Positions 11,501-25,799 of a DNA stretch of 64,000 nt are shown piece after piece; within the stretch, counting starts at the first letter, position 1; each line of letters begins with the position of its first letter. Under the pieces are notes generated by a model. It made no database searches. It saw only the letters and a program-made list of their open reading frames with translations, and was not told the origin of the DNA. The stretch is from Podarcis pityusensis (taxonomy: Eukaryota): the NCBI GenBank assembly GCA_964106645.2, contig OZ067046.1. One strand, given 5' to 3'. The position numbers and the translations under genes are program-made.

Positions 11501-14500
11501 ATTTAATATCCTTCTACTTTATTCCACATTCTGGAAAGAATGTGGAACATATAAATGAATAAGCTGGGAAAGGAGAATAATATATTTCCATAGGTTTGGA
11601 AACTTATGGGGTCCCTTTTTTAGCAGTCCTGTGTGGATCACCAATTCCAGCCTTCATTTCTAACCAATTCAGACTGCAATCCTGCAAACACCTATCAGGA
11701 AGCAAACCCTATGGGATTCTGAGTAACATACAGTTACTGTGGCATGAATCTGCACAAACAATTCTGAACCAAGTTAAGCTGCTTGGTTAGGTGCTCAGTA
11801 TTTATATAACTGTGGTGTTTGAGCGTCTAGTGTTTCCTTGAAAAGGAGGATAAAAGAGAGGGCCAGAACAGTTAATGGACACGCGGCTTTTTTCTCCCAT
11901 TAGAGAAGCAACTGTGACAGAAAGGACCTCTTCTGAACCAAAGAAAGACATTTTTCAGTTTAGTTACCCTAGGTCTTTGTAAAACTTCAATGATTTGCAA
12001 GGGAGGAGGATGGGGAGAAATCAGTGACCTCCTAGATGCCCTGCCAGGTCCAGTGACCACCAAAATTTTGGTGAAAACCAAAATTATACTAGCTGTTAAA
12101 TTGTTGTGCTATATAAATGTGCCTGAGGAGACCAAGATTTGCCCATCAAGTACTGTATACTTGTAGCCTTTTTGTAGCAATATAAGTGCTCAAATTTATC
12201 CACAGCTAAGTTACAAATAGATTACTTGAGAAAAAAACATTTAAAAGTAGGAATACACTAAAACAAAATGTATCATGAAAATAACAGTGCAATCCCACCC
12301 TATTGAATTCCCTATTTAAGACCTGTTGAATTCAATGGAGCTTCTCCCAGGTAAGAGGGTTAGGACTTGTGGCCTTAACTATGTGTTTGTTGCATTAGTA
12401 TACTGCTTAAGACTGCAGGTAGGGTATAAACCTTCTACATTTAGCAAGCTAACATGCAGAGCAAAAGATCCTAGCTGTGTAACTGGGCACCAGTTGATCT
12501 CTTTGTAGAAAATGTGCAGAATGTTAAGATGAGTGGAGTAGCATTTGGGCAGGTAGTTCATTCACAAGTAATGCCTTTTTTGTTACGATGATGTTGACTC
12601 TGAAGTACCTATTTCTCAAGGTTATGACATTAATTCTCTAGAAGTCATGTTTGCTTCTGTCTAATGAGGTGTTGTCCAGATGCTGTCTCGAGAGAACATA
12701 ATTTGCAGCTCAGTAACCTGGAATTCTGAAACACTTGTAGTCACTGTAAAGATACACAAGACTTACTGCCATTTTAAATTGTTGGGAACTATGAAGAAAT
12801 GAGTTAGGTTGTATCTAGGTTATGAATCTTTAAGAAACTATAACAAGTTAACTTCTGTATTCATCCTCAAACTAGGGTTTAAAGTGCTCTCCAAACCTTG
12901 TTTCAACAGCAATGGAGATTATACTTGCTTTCAGGCAAGAAAAAAGAAACCTTGTGACTAAGATCTCTGCTTGGTTATAGATGTTTCTATAGATGTTGCA
13001 CTTGGTAACAAAACTAGAAAGAAAGAAATCACACAGGGACAACCAGGAGCTCTTCTGAGAACAAGTATATCAATGTTGAACAGCAGACTTTTTGAAGCTC
13101 AATGAGGGTTGGGGCATTTGTAGCTTATTAATACAAACCCTCTGCGTAGCGCAAGGGTGTGCTTGCCACACTTTTCTCCTGGCAAAGAAAGAAAAGTGTC
13201 GGGAAAGTTACATGGAATACAGAAATCTTTGTTGTTGTTTTTTTGAGAATGATCTCTGCTTCAGAAAGCTAGACTTTGTTTCTTGAAATTGCTTGGGTAG
13301 ATTATTGAATTCCAGTGATACTATTTTAAGACTATCTGCATGGGTAGCTAGGATGATGCTCAGTGTTTAGCAATGCATTGTCTCATAAGCTCCATTGCTA
13401 AGCCTTCATTGAATTTTAGGGCAGTGGATTTTTTTCCTGCTCAAGGCAGAACTTGACCACAGTCAATCCTAACTTTCTTGCTCCATCTTGTGAATGCTGA
13501 AACATCTATATATGTTATTTAAATATCACTTAAATTTCCACACATATGAGCTCCACTGTTGCTACCCAAAGGCCTTGGTACCAACTGAAAAAATGCCTGT
13601 GTAGACCAAACCATAAATAGCTACTTGAAACTGCTGTTTTGCCAGCCTTCCAGACCATGGACCTGAATGCTTGGCTGCTGCTCTTTGTTGAGTGTTAACT
13701 TAAATTGAGTACCACTGGCTGATTCATTAATCACTGTCAAAATAATGTTTCTGATCTGTTTCATTTTCTGTTTCCCTATTGTGCTATTAAGCAATAAATG
13801 GATTATTGGGATGTTTTTTTTCTGACTTACATTCTGCAGAAGTAATAGAAAAACTATTTCATTTGCACCGAGAATTGTTTTAGCTAGCTTGATGCCTGTC
13901 TTAAGACACACCAATGTCTTAATGTGGCTTAGAACAGATTTCTCAAATATGACCACCTGCATTTGTTTTTAAAAAAGATTAGGAGTTCCAAAGGGAACCA
14001 AAACATGAGTAAAAGTTTCCATTTCAATCAGTAGATTCATGTTGATTAAGCATTTCTTAACCCCAAAGATAAGATGGGCTAAATTGGAACTTTAAATGGG
14101 GGACTTGCACAGCTTCTAGTAGCCCCATGTAGGTAGAACTGACTCCAGTAACAGAGCAATGCCTCTGATTAAGCAACTCATGCGATTATTTTTCCCCTCA
14201 ATCAAACAGCAGAGTGGGAGGGAGAGAGGCTATTGGCTCCTGGGTTCTAACGCTATAATGAAGAAGTTGACAGTTGCCCTCGAACGATGTCTGCCTATTG
14301 GCAGACAAAAGGAGAACATTCTGCCTTCTGTAAATAGATTATTGTACTTGTTGGTAGAGGAGGAGGAGCTAGGAATGGCTGCATTCAGCCAACTTGGCTG
14401 ACTTCCACAAAGCTGAGTTCAGCTGGAAAGACCACATCTTGGCTGATTCAGTATTTTCCTTATTCATGTGTCAAGGAGCTTTTGGCTGGCTTGAAGCTTA

Positions 14501-16387
14501 GCATTTATTAACTGAGCATGTTATAAGACAAGGACAGAAACCTGCATGCACAGCTCCCTCACTGAGCACTCTCTTCTAAAGCTAAACATTTTTGGTGGCA
14601 TTTGACTAATTTGTACTCGGAGGAGACCTATTGAGATCAGTGAACATAAGTTAGTCATAACTGACTAGGTCAGATAGCACCCTTTACTGTCTAAGTAATG
14701 ACCGTATTATATTTAAAGGGAGAGTTGAATTCTACCATATACACAAGATGCTAGTCCTGTCCCACATATAAAGTGTGTGTTACCTGGATGTAATATCTAG
14801 GATATTGTCCTTATTCTCAATGGACTTCAATATTACATATGCCTGCAAAAATGTTTTACTTCCTTAGCTCTTGGGTGTAGAACTGAAGTATAATCCCGTT
14901 TGCTATATATCAAGTACTGTATATTAAAATGTTAATACAACATACTAAACTATGTACCCTTGACTGGTTAATTCTACAACATGAGGCCGCTGAAGATCAT
15001 CCCCAAGTAGAAACTATAAACCTGGGAGTGTAATTCAGCATGGACTCACGCTGCTTCAGTCTAATCTAGAGTTCACTGTTAATACAGATATCACAGAAGC
15101 TCTTTGGATACTGGCTTATCCACGGCAAGTTGGACTTTGTTTTTTCTGACTGAAGTGCTATTAAATCTTATTGGCTCCTAAACTTGACACAACAGGAGCA
15201 TAATTTAAATGTAAAAAGGTTTCCCAATAATTTCATAATACGCTTAACCTTAAGTCTGAAATAGGAATTGCTAATTTCAGTGAGCTATACTTCCAAATGG
15301 AGTGTAGGCTAAGGAGAATATTTCTCAAAATATAGGAAGTATATAACACCTCATTGCTTATCTTAATTTTCTCTTGCCATGTCTAGTATCCTTAGATGAC
15401 CTATCTCTGCATAAGGTACATCTAGCTTTTTGGCATGGCTTTTACAGGCACTAAATAAGTTGACTGTATTTAATCTCTTTTTAAAAAGTCACATTGCTCT
15501 TTATCATATGGTCTTAAGTGTTATTTTCATGGCAAATTGGCAAGCGTGTTCTGTTGCACACCAACTCCCACATACGAAAAGGTGGGGCGAAAACAAAATC
15601 AGCAGCAGTACCAGTTGAACTAGGGCTTACTTTTAATGAGGAATGTAGACACAGTTCAGGAAACAAGTTGGTGTAGATTTTTGGCATGTTGCATGTACAA
15701 AAGGGTGCAAGTCGAAGGATATGATGGCTTTGGCTTGATTTGAAGGCTTTGAAAAAAGACCTTGCACCCAAAATATCAAAGAGCTTGGTGAATTGGGGGG
15801 GGGGGGTAAATTGACTGTGGTAAGTCTTTACAGCATGTATAAGAATAACTTGACATTCATGTAGTGATCAAAGCATATTTTGTTTCTGTAAACCTTCCCA
15901 ACTATGATGCAAGCTAGACTGGTTTTCTTGCCATATTGCAGAGGGCAGCGATGAGACTTCGAGTATACTGGCTTGATATTTATTTATTTATTAGAGAAGA
16001 GAAGAGCCTGGGAGGCTTCAGCTGGTAGCATCCTGCCTTACAGCTTGTGCTTCTTAACTCCTGCACTATGCAAACCGTCTTGGCCTTCTGAGGCTTTCAA
16101 ATTAATCTGCTCATTTTGCTGACACTATTATTGCTAGGCCAGCCTTTGAACTAAGGGGAAAAGGCATTATAGACTGGAGAGGTAGGTGGAGGCAGAGTCT
16201 GAAAGGCACAGCAAGCAGATGACCTTAAGTCGTACACATCACTTTGGACCCTGCTCCCATCAGATCAATAAATTGTTCCAGAGAAGCTCAGGTTAATCAG
16301 AAGTTTCCCAGCACCTTCTTATGGAGAACATTGGTGGCAAATGAGCTTTTCTGAAAGACTGTGCACCACTATTGATCTTCTGATCTA

Positions 16388-16631
16388 CAGTCATACCTCA
16401 TGTTACGTTTGCTTCAGGTTGTGCGTTTTCAGGTTGCGTCCCGCGGTGACACGGAAGTACCGGAAAGGGTTACTTCCGGGTTTCGCCGCTCACACAGATG
16501 TGCAAAATGACATCACGCACATGCGCAGAAGCGGTGAATCACGACCTGTGCGCGCAGATGCGGGTTGCGTTCTTTACAGGTTGCGAACGGGGCTCCAGAA
16601 CGGATCCCGTTCGCAACCAGAGGTACCACTT
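16388..16631. mobile_element. Tc1/mariner (Tigger-like) MITE
   Basis: TA-flanked ends resembling CAGTGGTACCTC / GAGGTACCACTG; internal sequence shared with the 32580 copy. Confidence 0.8.
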
Positions 16632-17214
16632 TACTGAACAGCTGCAGAAGAGTGTGAGGTGTGTTCTAGGCTGTGCTAGGCTGAGTAGGTCTAGTCAGCC
16701 ACCGCTTGAACACTTGGAATATGCAGCCTAGAACAGTCAGCAGAATCCTCTGCAATTTGCATGCGGTCTGGCAGCAGACAAACCGATGTGGAAAGTGTTC
16801 ACTGAAGGCAGTCTGAAAACCACTGCCCTAGTGAGAGATTAGATGCCTGCATCAAATGCCCACAGTACAATTTATCACACTCTCAGCTGAAAGACTGTCA
16901 GTAGCATATTTTTGTCTACTGCATACAAATAGCTGTCAAGGTGTGCAAAGTGATGTGCCAAATAAGCTTTGTTGGACTACATAACTGCTGAGGTATCCAT
17001 GCCTTGTAAGTTAGATACATGCTAAAATTTGAGATAGGAAACTCAGCAACTATTTAAAGATGAATCAAGAGGAAAAGTGAATGTCTCCTGTTAATCAAAT
17101 CAACACTTACTTCACCACCAATGTATGCTGATAAAACATATCTATGGTATTTTTATGTGCAAAAGCTTGGGCTGCTCAAATGCACAGGAAAATAGCTTTC
17201 TGCATGCTTAAGAA

Positions 17215-17547
17215 CAGGGGTCGGCAAAGTTTTTGTGGCTTGGGCCGGTTCATGGTTCCGCAGACGCTGCAGTGAGCCGGAGTGCGCTCGCACACACAAA
17301 TGTGCAAACGCTATTTCTGGCGCTTCTTCCAGCGTGGAGGAGGCATGCGCAGCTTCCCATTGGCTGCAGGAGCTTCCTGCAGCCAATGGGAAGCTGGCCA
17401 GTGTTACGGAAGGCGGTCCCCGCTCTGCTCTGCGCTGGTTTAGTGCGGCGCACGGGAGCCGACCAAGCGGGCAGGGGGGCCATGGGCCGGTTAAATGACC
17501 CCCCATGGGCCACTTGTGGCCAATGGGCCTTAGGTTGCCGACCCCAG
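17215..17547. mobile_element. hAT-type MITE, young
   Basis: TIR CAGGGGTCGGCAA / TTGCCGACCCCAG; perfect 8-bp TSD CTTAAGAA; CpG-rich. Confidence 0.88.
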
Positions 17548-17702
17548 CTTAAGAATAACAAAGTGACAAAATAGTGATAAAAAGAACAGCATTGTTTTGC
17601 ATATTTTATTTAGACTCTGCTTTACTTACCAAAACACCCCAGTGTGGCTGGCTTAGTGCTAACACACACAAACAAACGACCCCCAAATATTTAAAACATG
17701 TG

Positions 17703-17922
17703 CAGTAGTACCTTGGGTTAAGAATTCGTTCTGGAGGTCCGTTCTTAACCTGAAACTGTTCTTAACCTGAGGACTACTTTAGCTAATGGGGCCTCCTGCT
17801 GCTGCTGCACCGCTGGAGCACAATTTCTGTTCTCATCCTGAAGCAAAGTTCTTAACCCGAGGTACTATTTCTGGGTTAGCTGAGTCTGTAACCTGAAGCA
17901 TCTGTAACCCGAGGTACCACTG
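17703..17922. mobile_element. Tc1/mariner (Tigger-like) MITE
   Basis: CAGTAGTACCTTGGGTTA ... TAACCCGAGGTACCACTG followed by TA. Confidence 0.8.
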
Positions 17923-19108
17923 TACTCTAGAAGCAAACCAAAAGAGCAATACCTCCTTGAGGCAATTCTATTTAGAGCAACCCTTACCTTTTGACCTTGG
18001 TTTTGAATGTTAAGTCAGCATGTAAACACCTGATTGCTTCCTCCTATCAAGTGCAGTAGAGAGATTAGGCGGCAAGACAGGGTTAATGTAAGCCTTTAAA
18101 AGGGGCCTCTTTGACGACCTGCGTGAAGTAGTTGTGCAACCATGTTGGCTATGGTCACACTGAAATTCTTTATTGTGTACAAAGAGCAGGCCATTCCCGT
18201 ATCAGCCTGCCCCATACACTGTGCCCTTTGTTGGAGGTGAAGTGGGTGGCAAACATTTTCAGTTGCGGCACTCCATTTTGAGAACTCTCTCTTGCAAGGC
18301 TTGCTTGGCCCTCTGCATTGCCATATTTTTGACACCCAGCAAAACCCTCCCAGACCTTTTAGAATCTTTTACAGTCTTCAGAAGACGTGGCCTAACTGAT
18401 TCTTTTACGTACTGTTTTGTTGTTTTCAGAACCATTGTCATTGTGCCCTATATTAATTTTTATAAACGGGGGACCGTAAATAAAAGGTAGTACAAAAATC
18501 CTTAAATGAGCTGGTGGACATGGCTCATGAACATTGGCACTTGCCCACTGCATGCTTAGGGCTGCAGAGCTGATCAGCAGGCTTTGTCCTTACACTGGAG
18601 AAACTGCCGGATAAAATTGTTGCATGAAGGAAGCTTTCCACTGTCTCTCCCCACTATTCCCCCCCCCCCATTTTTTTTAGCTTCAAACCCAATTGCAGCT
18701 CTGTCCTATTTGAGTGATATTTTTTTTCTGGGTATATTAGTAGGTAAGCTGACAATGCTACTCTACAACTGCCCTTGGTTATCACAGCCGGAAAAGGCAT
18801 TGATACGCAATGACAAATGGGTCCAGCATTCATGAGCTTAGTCTTAAGAGCCTGGCTCGAAACGAGCTTGCGTTGCCTTTTCCCACAACTGCATTCATAA
18901 TACTGTATCTCCTTCCCGGTTATAGTAAAACTGTCTTCATCTTGACTGCCTTGTTCCAAAAACCCCACCAGCTTCTGCAAACAAACTGTCCACGCTGACA
19001 CGTTCCCCCCCTCCCTTTGAAAAGCCTTTTTGTCAGCCTTCCTCTGGTGATAGGAATGAGCTGATGATGGGCATTAATGAATGTCACTGCCAGTTGTGAG
19101 TTTCTGAG

Positions 19109-19269
19109 GCAAACATTGTTTGCTTCCTAGCCTGCCACCCTCTGTGTTCAGTGGGGTGACTTGGTGCTCTCTTTCCATTGGCCCTCCTTCTCTTAGAGCT
19201 AAGTATGGACTGTGCCTGCTAGTTACCTTTGCCCTAGTGGGCAGAAACTTATTAAGTGTAGTCACGTGA
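19109..19269. promoter_or_regulatory. Candidate ACSL1 intronic enhancer / alternative promoter
   Basis: Inverted forkhead pair GCAAACA-T-TGTTTGC 19109-19123; ATTGG 19177-19181; DR1 reading CACT-AGGGCA-A-AGGTAA on the minus strand at 19223-19239; GTCACGTGA 19261-19269. Confidence 0.55.
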
Positions 19270-19948
19270 ATCGTGTCCTGAGGGACCTTGGTGTGGAGGG
19301 AAGCGTCAGCTGAGCAGGCACAGCAGGGCTTTTGGAAAAGGAAAAGGGGAAAGAAAGGGCTGTTCCTACTCTACAGTGTTTGCTGGAGATTTAAAGGGAC
19401 CATTAGGATAAGAATACAAGCTTAGTTAAGAGAATTTTTATACACAACTTAGGCTAGCTTGCACTCTAAAAGCACTGGAGGAAAACAGGGGGGGGGGGGG
19501 AAACAATTGCACATAGGCTCTTTTTAAAAAAATAGCTGCCATGGAAGAGAAGGGAAAGGAACTACTGTTGCTTTTTTGTCTTACGGCCTGGCTCTTCCAG
19601 CAGATTCTCCATTTTCCAGAAGCACAAAAATACAGCAAGAATGTATTTTGCAAACTTTGGGCACTATGTCTAACAAAGTGTGGTGCCTGCCAACAGCTGC
19701 CTTAACAAAGAAACAGAAATGTTAAACGTAGTGCCTTTGCCTGTTCAAAATCTCTTGCCTTTCTGGAAGAGGGCAAGTGGCAAGAATGCAGATGTTTCCA
19801 GCTTTGTGTGGTGGTAGAGCATGAGAATAGCTGCATCTCCCTCTCTAGGGGGGGAAGGGCGTTCTTTGATAACACGTTGGGTTCACAACTTTTCTTTTTT
19901 GTCAACAGATTGCTGCATTAAAAAAAAAAGCAAGGACAAGAGATCACA

Positions 19949-20143
19949 ATGCAAGCTCATGAATTGTTTAGGCATCTGCGAATGCCAGAACTTGGTGACG
20001 TAAGGCAGTACGTGCGCACTCTCCCAACAAACACGCTGATGGGATTCGGTGCTTTTGCAGCTCTCACAACTTACTGGTACGCCACAAGACCCAGAGCTCT
20101 GAAGCCACCATGTGATTTAGCAATGCAGTCTGTGGAGGTGGAG
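19949..20143 (+). CDS. ACSL1: ACSL1 exon 2 coding part (exon begins 19909), MQAHELF...QSVEVE
   Basis: Acceptor tttttgtcaacag ends 19908; in-frame TAA at 19919 upstream of the ATG; donor GAG|GTAAGG; 195 nt. Confidence 0.97.
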
Positions 20144-21262
20144 GTAAGGAATCGCCATCTTTCATCCCTTGCGTATTTACTTGCAAGATTAGCATAGCAT
20201 GTTTCATAAAAGGGTTTTTTAAGCTGTTCTGTGATGCAATTATTGGATTAAGGCAGTGCTTTGAATCTGGTTGTATGTGCCAACATGCCACCCACAGTTC
20301 ATACCAGTCACATTCCTTTTGTCCCCAGAGCATATAGTTCTGTTGCAGCATTTTATATAGCTTTCTCATATTGATTGCAGCAGGCTATTCTGGCAAGGTC
20401 TAGGAAGTGTGCAAAGGGAATGACTGCATCATGTGCTCAGGAGCGAGGGCTAGGGAGCTATGCAAGGCAGAAAAACTATGTGTTGGAGTAGGCTTGGTTC
20501 AAAGCATCCATTGATTTCTGAGATGTAAACAGCTCAGAACCTTTTCTGCAGCCATGTAGGTTTGAAACAGATACTTTTCTAAAGCAATGGTGAGGAACCT
20601 TTCTGGCTGGGTGTGCCAGATTCTTATTTCTCCCTACCCCTGCTGGCAAAGTTCGGCAGGTGGCTTATATTGGTACTGTTGTCGATGTACCCTCTGATAT
20701 TTCACAGTGCTGCTGTAGCACTGTGTTGCCCTCCTTAGGCCAACTACAGTAACCACAGATGGTTAGTTTCCAGTTGATCAAGGATAATGTGCACTGTTTA
20801 TTTAATTTATCTCTAAATCTCCCTCCATCTTCCAGGATCCCAGGGCAATTTACAGCATGCACATTAAAACAACAATAAAACCATTCATAAATCAGCAATT
20901 CAGATAATGCAACCATACAATTAAAACAACTATGTCGCACCAGACAACTTCACTTTCAGCTGGTCTCACCAAATCAGTTTCAGTAACTGAGGTTGATGAA
21001 TTATTCGTTTTATTTAAGCGCATTTGCATAATAACACAATTAATAGTAAATTGCTAATAAAACCACATGCAAAACAAAGTGTGCCTCTTCTGTGTTGTTC
21101 TCTCCCTCTGGGCTAGGCGGATGGTGAGTCTTTTTACCCTAGTACAGAGAATGAAGATGGATTTGGCCTCCTCAGGTTGGCAAGATTGTAACTGTTCTTT
21201 GGTTTTGCAGCACTGGAGAGAGTGGAACCAAGTATGCACAGTCGTACTTGGATACTTTAGAG

Positions 21263-21488
21263 CAGGCACGTCCAACAGGTGGATCACTAGATGTCTGTGG
21301 TAGATCACTTTATACTTTGGCTCCCCTAAAAAAACTCAACACTTTTGCCCTGCCCCCCCCCAAAACAGGGCTTTCCTTCTTTAAAAAAAAGCTCAAGAAT
21401 TTGACCTGAACCCCCCAAAAAGGGGGTAGATCAATGCCAGTTTTTAACTGTGAGTAGATCACAGTCTTTTGGGAGTTGGCCACCCCTG
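21263..21488. mobile_element. hAT-type MITE
   Basis: CAGG...CCTG ends; perfect 8-bp TSD CTTTAGAG. Confidence 0.82.
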
Positions 21489-24400
21489 CTTTAGAGGATA
21501 GTTTCTCTTTGTGCTTTCTCCTTCCCTAGCTGTCTGGCCTGGCTCCAATCCAGGCTCATTCTTGCAGTCAAAATATCCCACACAGTCCAATACAAGTGTG
21601 AAATAAAGGTCAGTAGCCATTTCCTCTACGAGCAACTTTAATAAGCAGCTTTGAGCAAGGGGCCTGGGTAGGCTTTCACTATCCTAGTTGCCCCAGACAT
21701 GACCCTTGGCAAACTTCTTTGCATTTTCTATATCTTGTGCCAAGCATAGCTATTTGTGAATTAGGAGGCCGTCTTTCCATATAGACAGAAATTTTCCATC
21801 TACAGGGTCCCTCTGGTATTCCCTTTTCTGTTTAAGCACATGTTCAGGGATTGTGGGGATTTCTTCCAGCCCTACAGGTTTTTGGGGTGAGGACCAGCAT
21901 TGTTACGCTGTGATACAGGCAATCACCACACCACAGGTACCAAAACATTTTGAACACAGAGATACAAAACATTGTGATTAGACAAGGCACCTGAAAATTA
22001 TACTTGATTAGCTGTACTGAATTTCTTTAAATACTCTCCCGTCATTAGTTGTACAGTATATGCATCTAGTTAGATCCATGTGCAGTTTCATTGTGTTGAT
22101 GACTTTGTTTTCTGCATATGCTATTAAATTTTTGGTTCACTCATTCATTTTCATGTTAATGATATTGGTCGTTAATTATTGGTCACTGTGTAGTGTGGAT
22201 CTTTATTTTTACACTATTCTTTTAAACACCATACCCTGACCAGCCAAAGAGGAATTTTGTAATGTTTTGTAATGTTGTAAGTATTTTAATAAAATAAATC
22301 TGAAACAGCCTAATTGAAATGAGCTTGATCTCTTGCTGCAGCAAGCAAAGTATACTGGAGCAATACTTTTCAGGCTCATGGCATTAAAACTGATTGTGTG
22401 GATAAATAAAAACCTTGTGCTGAACTGGCTCATACTTCGCTTTGTCTAGCAAACTATTATCCTGGATAAACTGGGGTATTTTTGCTGAATAGGAACTGCT
22501 AACTTAGGTCTGATAAGGTATTAGTAGGGTCTTTTTCAAAAAGTCAACAGATCTTGCCCATTATATTTTCCAGAGTGCTTGGGAATAATTCTTGCAAATG
22601 AAAATCCATTATCATCTGTTGCTATTTCATTTCACTTGCTGCAAAACCAATTTGATGTGTATGGAAAAGTACATCTGGTTTATGGATTTTGAGTATACTT
22701 TGTACCTTGAAGTTAAACTCTGATCGGGACTTCTGCTCATTTTCTTTATCAATTGATAGGTCTGGAAGTCACTGTGCTTGAGAAGACCACTATTTCTGAG
22801 TGCAGAGCAAATAATTGAGAGTTGAGGTGTGGGAATATGCTTGCTTCTGATTCTAGTCCTATTTATGCTGAAGCTCATAGACTTCAACAATAATTCCTTC
22901 AAGTTTAGGTTAAGTATATCTGAATAAGTACTCCAGTAGATGGCAAGGAATAAATGAGGATGTAGGTCTTGCACTTCTAATAATTATGAATTTTGACAGG
23001 TTCTGTTCTTTTCCTATTAGTGTCATTAAAAAAGAAAGGCTCATGTCTGATGGAAATCCTGTATTTAAGGCATGCACATTAAAGCCATAACTAGTAGTAT
23101 CATATGAAATAATGAGCTTCTATCAGACAATGTTTATGTAAAACAAAAGGAAAAACTTAGAGAAATTTGACTGTTCTTGGTTTCTGCAACTCTTGCTCCT
23201 ACTAGGTGACACTTCTTTACAGGGCCCAGGGTGGGGAGTCATCACAGGCCGGCAGGATTACCTTATATCCCATCAGGATCACTCACTTGCCCAACTTGTA
23301 CTGACCTTACACCGTGATCAGATGTTTGACTCTACTAGCCAAACAAGAAGCATATTTGTGTTTGCTTCCGTGGAGTAACTACCAATTCTTTCTGGAAAAT
23401 TCTTGGAACTTAGCTGCAAATAAACTGATTTTTTTTATTTATGCTAGGGCACACATATGGCCAAACAGAAATAGCTTCACCATTTTCTCCAGGAGCTTGT
23501 GAATTTCGGCTTGTGCATACCATAACCCTGCTCCAGAGGATCTAATGCCACACTGAACTTCAGAGGCAGCGTCCTCTGTGGTCCAGGGTCAGAGATAATC
23601 CTCTGCTCCAAAGTCTGGAGAAGCGTATGGACCTTAGGGACTGCCTCATACTCTCCAAAGTGCAGCCATACTCCTCAACCACCTCCTTGAGCTGCTTCTC
23701 CCCTTCTCACTGCTTACAATTCAAGCACCAGCCAGTGCTTCCTGCAGAAGCTCCCACTTCTGCCCACCAATTGCCCTCTCCCCAATTGGGCTGGAAGAGA
23801 CAGGGATCTTCTTGCAGAATCTTACTCTATATGAAAGACATGTGTGCTGCAGGGTTAAAGGCTTTAGCTTATATCTATAGATATTATATCCTTCCTTCCT
23901 TCCTTCCTTCCTTCCTTCCTTCCTTTCTTTATTTCTTTATTTCAAGGTCCTCCGAGCTGCAAACCAATATTTGTTATAGCAACCAGTTGGTGTCTTTGGG
24001 GGTTTTTCTGGGAAAATGTCTGAAATGCAACACAGAATTTTGTTACTTTAAACCTTGACATAGCCTAATGGAGGAGAGAGAACAAAGCCACATCTTCTAA
24101 AATTCCCCTTTTTCACAATTGCTGCTGTTAAGACAGCCTGCCCTCCTGTGCTCTAATGTTCCTATAAATCCTAGTTTGAAGTCCCTTTGGGCCTCCTTTT
24201 CTCAGCATCCTTGTCAAGGTTTTGCAACTGGGGTGCTGATTTTAACAGAGCCACCTTATGGCACTCTTTCCAAAGAGCGGCTGGTAATGCTGACACTCTT
24301 TCCATAGCCTAATAAACCAGTAGTTGGCAAATAGCTGTTGCAAAATACCAAGTTTCTGATGGTTAGTGGGTGGCTGGCAATCTGGGCACTGCTGGCTGGG

Positions 24401-24797
24401 GTTGTGTGCTCTCCTTAAATCAACAAGAGCTTGCTCACAGCTGACAACACAATAGCTTCCTCAGGCATACATCCAAGGATCCTTTCACTCCAGAGAAGCG
24501 TGCCTGCAACAAAAGCGTCTTGAGAACTACCAGCACTTCTGCCATTCTTCTCCCAACCTCTTTCAGTGAAGCCGCTGGCTGACAGCAGGCCAATTGCTGT
24601 AGTTCAGGCATAGGCAAACTTGGCCCGCCTATGCCTGCTGTAGTTCCCCTCCCTCCTTCCACTGCCAGTAAACTAGGCACTGGAATATTATGCTGTAAAG
24701 CAGCATGCAAAATTCCATGTGCACAATGAGAGTTGCAGTGGTCTCTGAAGAGCCTGAGTTGGGAATTAGTTTAGATTTTTCCTCTTGCTATGAATTT

Positions 24798-24970
24798 TAG
24801 GGGAAGGGTATATAGCTCAGTGGTAGAACATCTCCTTTGAGTGTAGAAGATCTCAGGCTTGATCGCCGGCATCTCCAAATAAGATCCTTTGTCTGAAGTT
24901 CTAGCAAGCCGCTACCTGTCAGTGTAGACAGTACTGAACTAATGGAACAAGGGTCTGACTTAGGTTGCGT
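24798..24970 (+). mobile_element. Degenerate tRNA-derived SINE
   Basis: A-box TAGCTCAGTGGTAGA, decayed B-box, and SINE body CAGTGTAGACAGTACTGA; does not form a tRNA. Confidence 0.65.
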
Positions 24971-25799
24971 ATGCATTAAAACGCAGCAAGGTCCACTCCC
25001 CCAACTCCCATTGCCTTTAAAATAAAATCTGCACATGATTGCACACATCTGTACAGTTGTATGTGTTTCCAAGTCAAGTGCTGCCTGCCCACACCAGTGG
25101 GCGGAGAGGGGGAGTGGTTGTCCTCATACGTTTGCAACTTGGATTGAAATTGGTTTGGAGGAAACAACATAAAAACGCAGTATCTCTCAAGGAACTTCAA
25201 GACAGATGTGGATTGTGGCTAACTTGTGTACACTGCTTCACAAACCCAGCAGTGGGAGCACACTGGATGTAGAGTAAATAGCCTTGTGTGCACTGTATAA
25301 GGCGGCTTCCTATGTTACTACACTTGGCAGTCTTATAAAAGCTCATCCTTTCTGAGCTTCACCTCAGCCCAATTTCTCCTACAGGAAATATTACCGATAC
25401 ACCTTTAAAAGGTGGCAGCGAGGATTTCTGTATGAAGTACTGGACTTAGGAAGTTTAAATGCTACGTATTCACTTGCTAGAAAGTTTTTCTTTATCAGCA
25501 CTGCTTCGTGCCATAAACCAGAGTCTGTAGGGCAGTTATTCTCCAGCTAGCTTGTATGGATGCAAGCTTCTGTCTAAAGAACAGTGGGATGTGGTTAACT
25601 TTGATTATCCTGCTTATATTTTAAGATAAAAAGCCATGCAGACCTGAGGCATTTTTTTATGGTACTGTGTACAGTTACACCTTAAAATTATGGATACAGC
25701 ACATGTGTATGATACAGATAGTGCTCTTTCAAGGAACCACAACCACTTCTACCACCTTGGGACAAATTCAGGTTTGCTATTGCTGCTTCATCTTCATCG

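Noticed and set aside
24810-24880. tRNA gene candidate
   Set aside because: Only the A-box is intact, there is no acceptor stem, and it runs into a SINE body.
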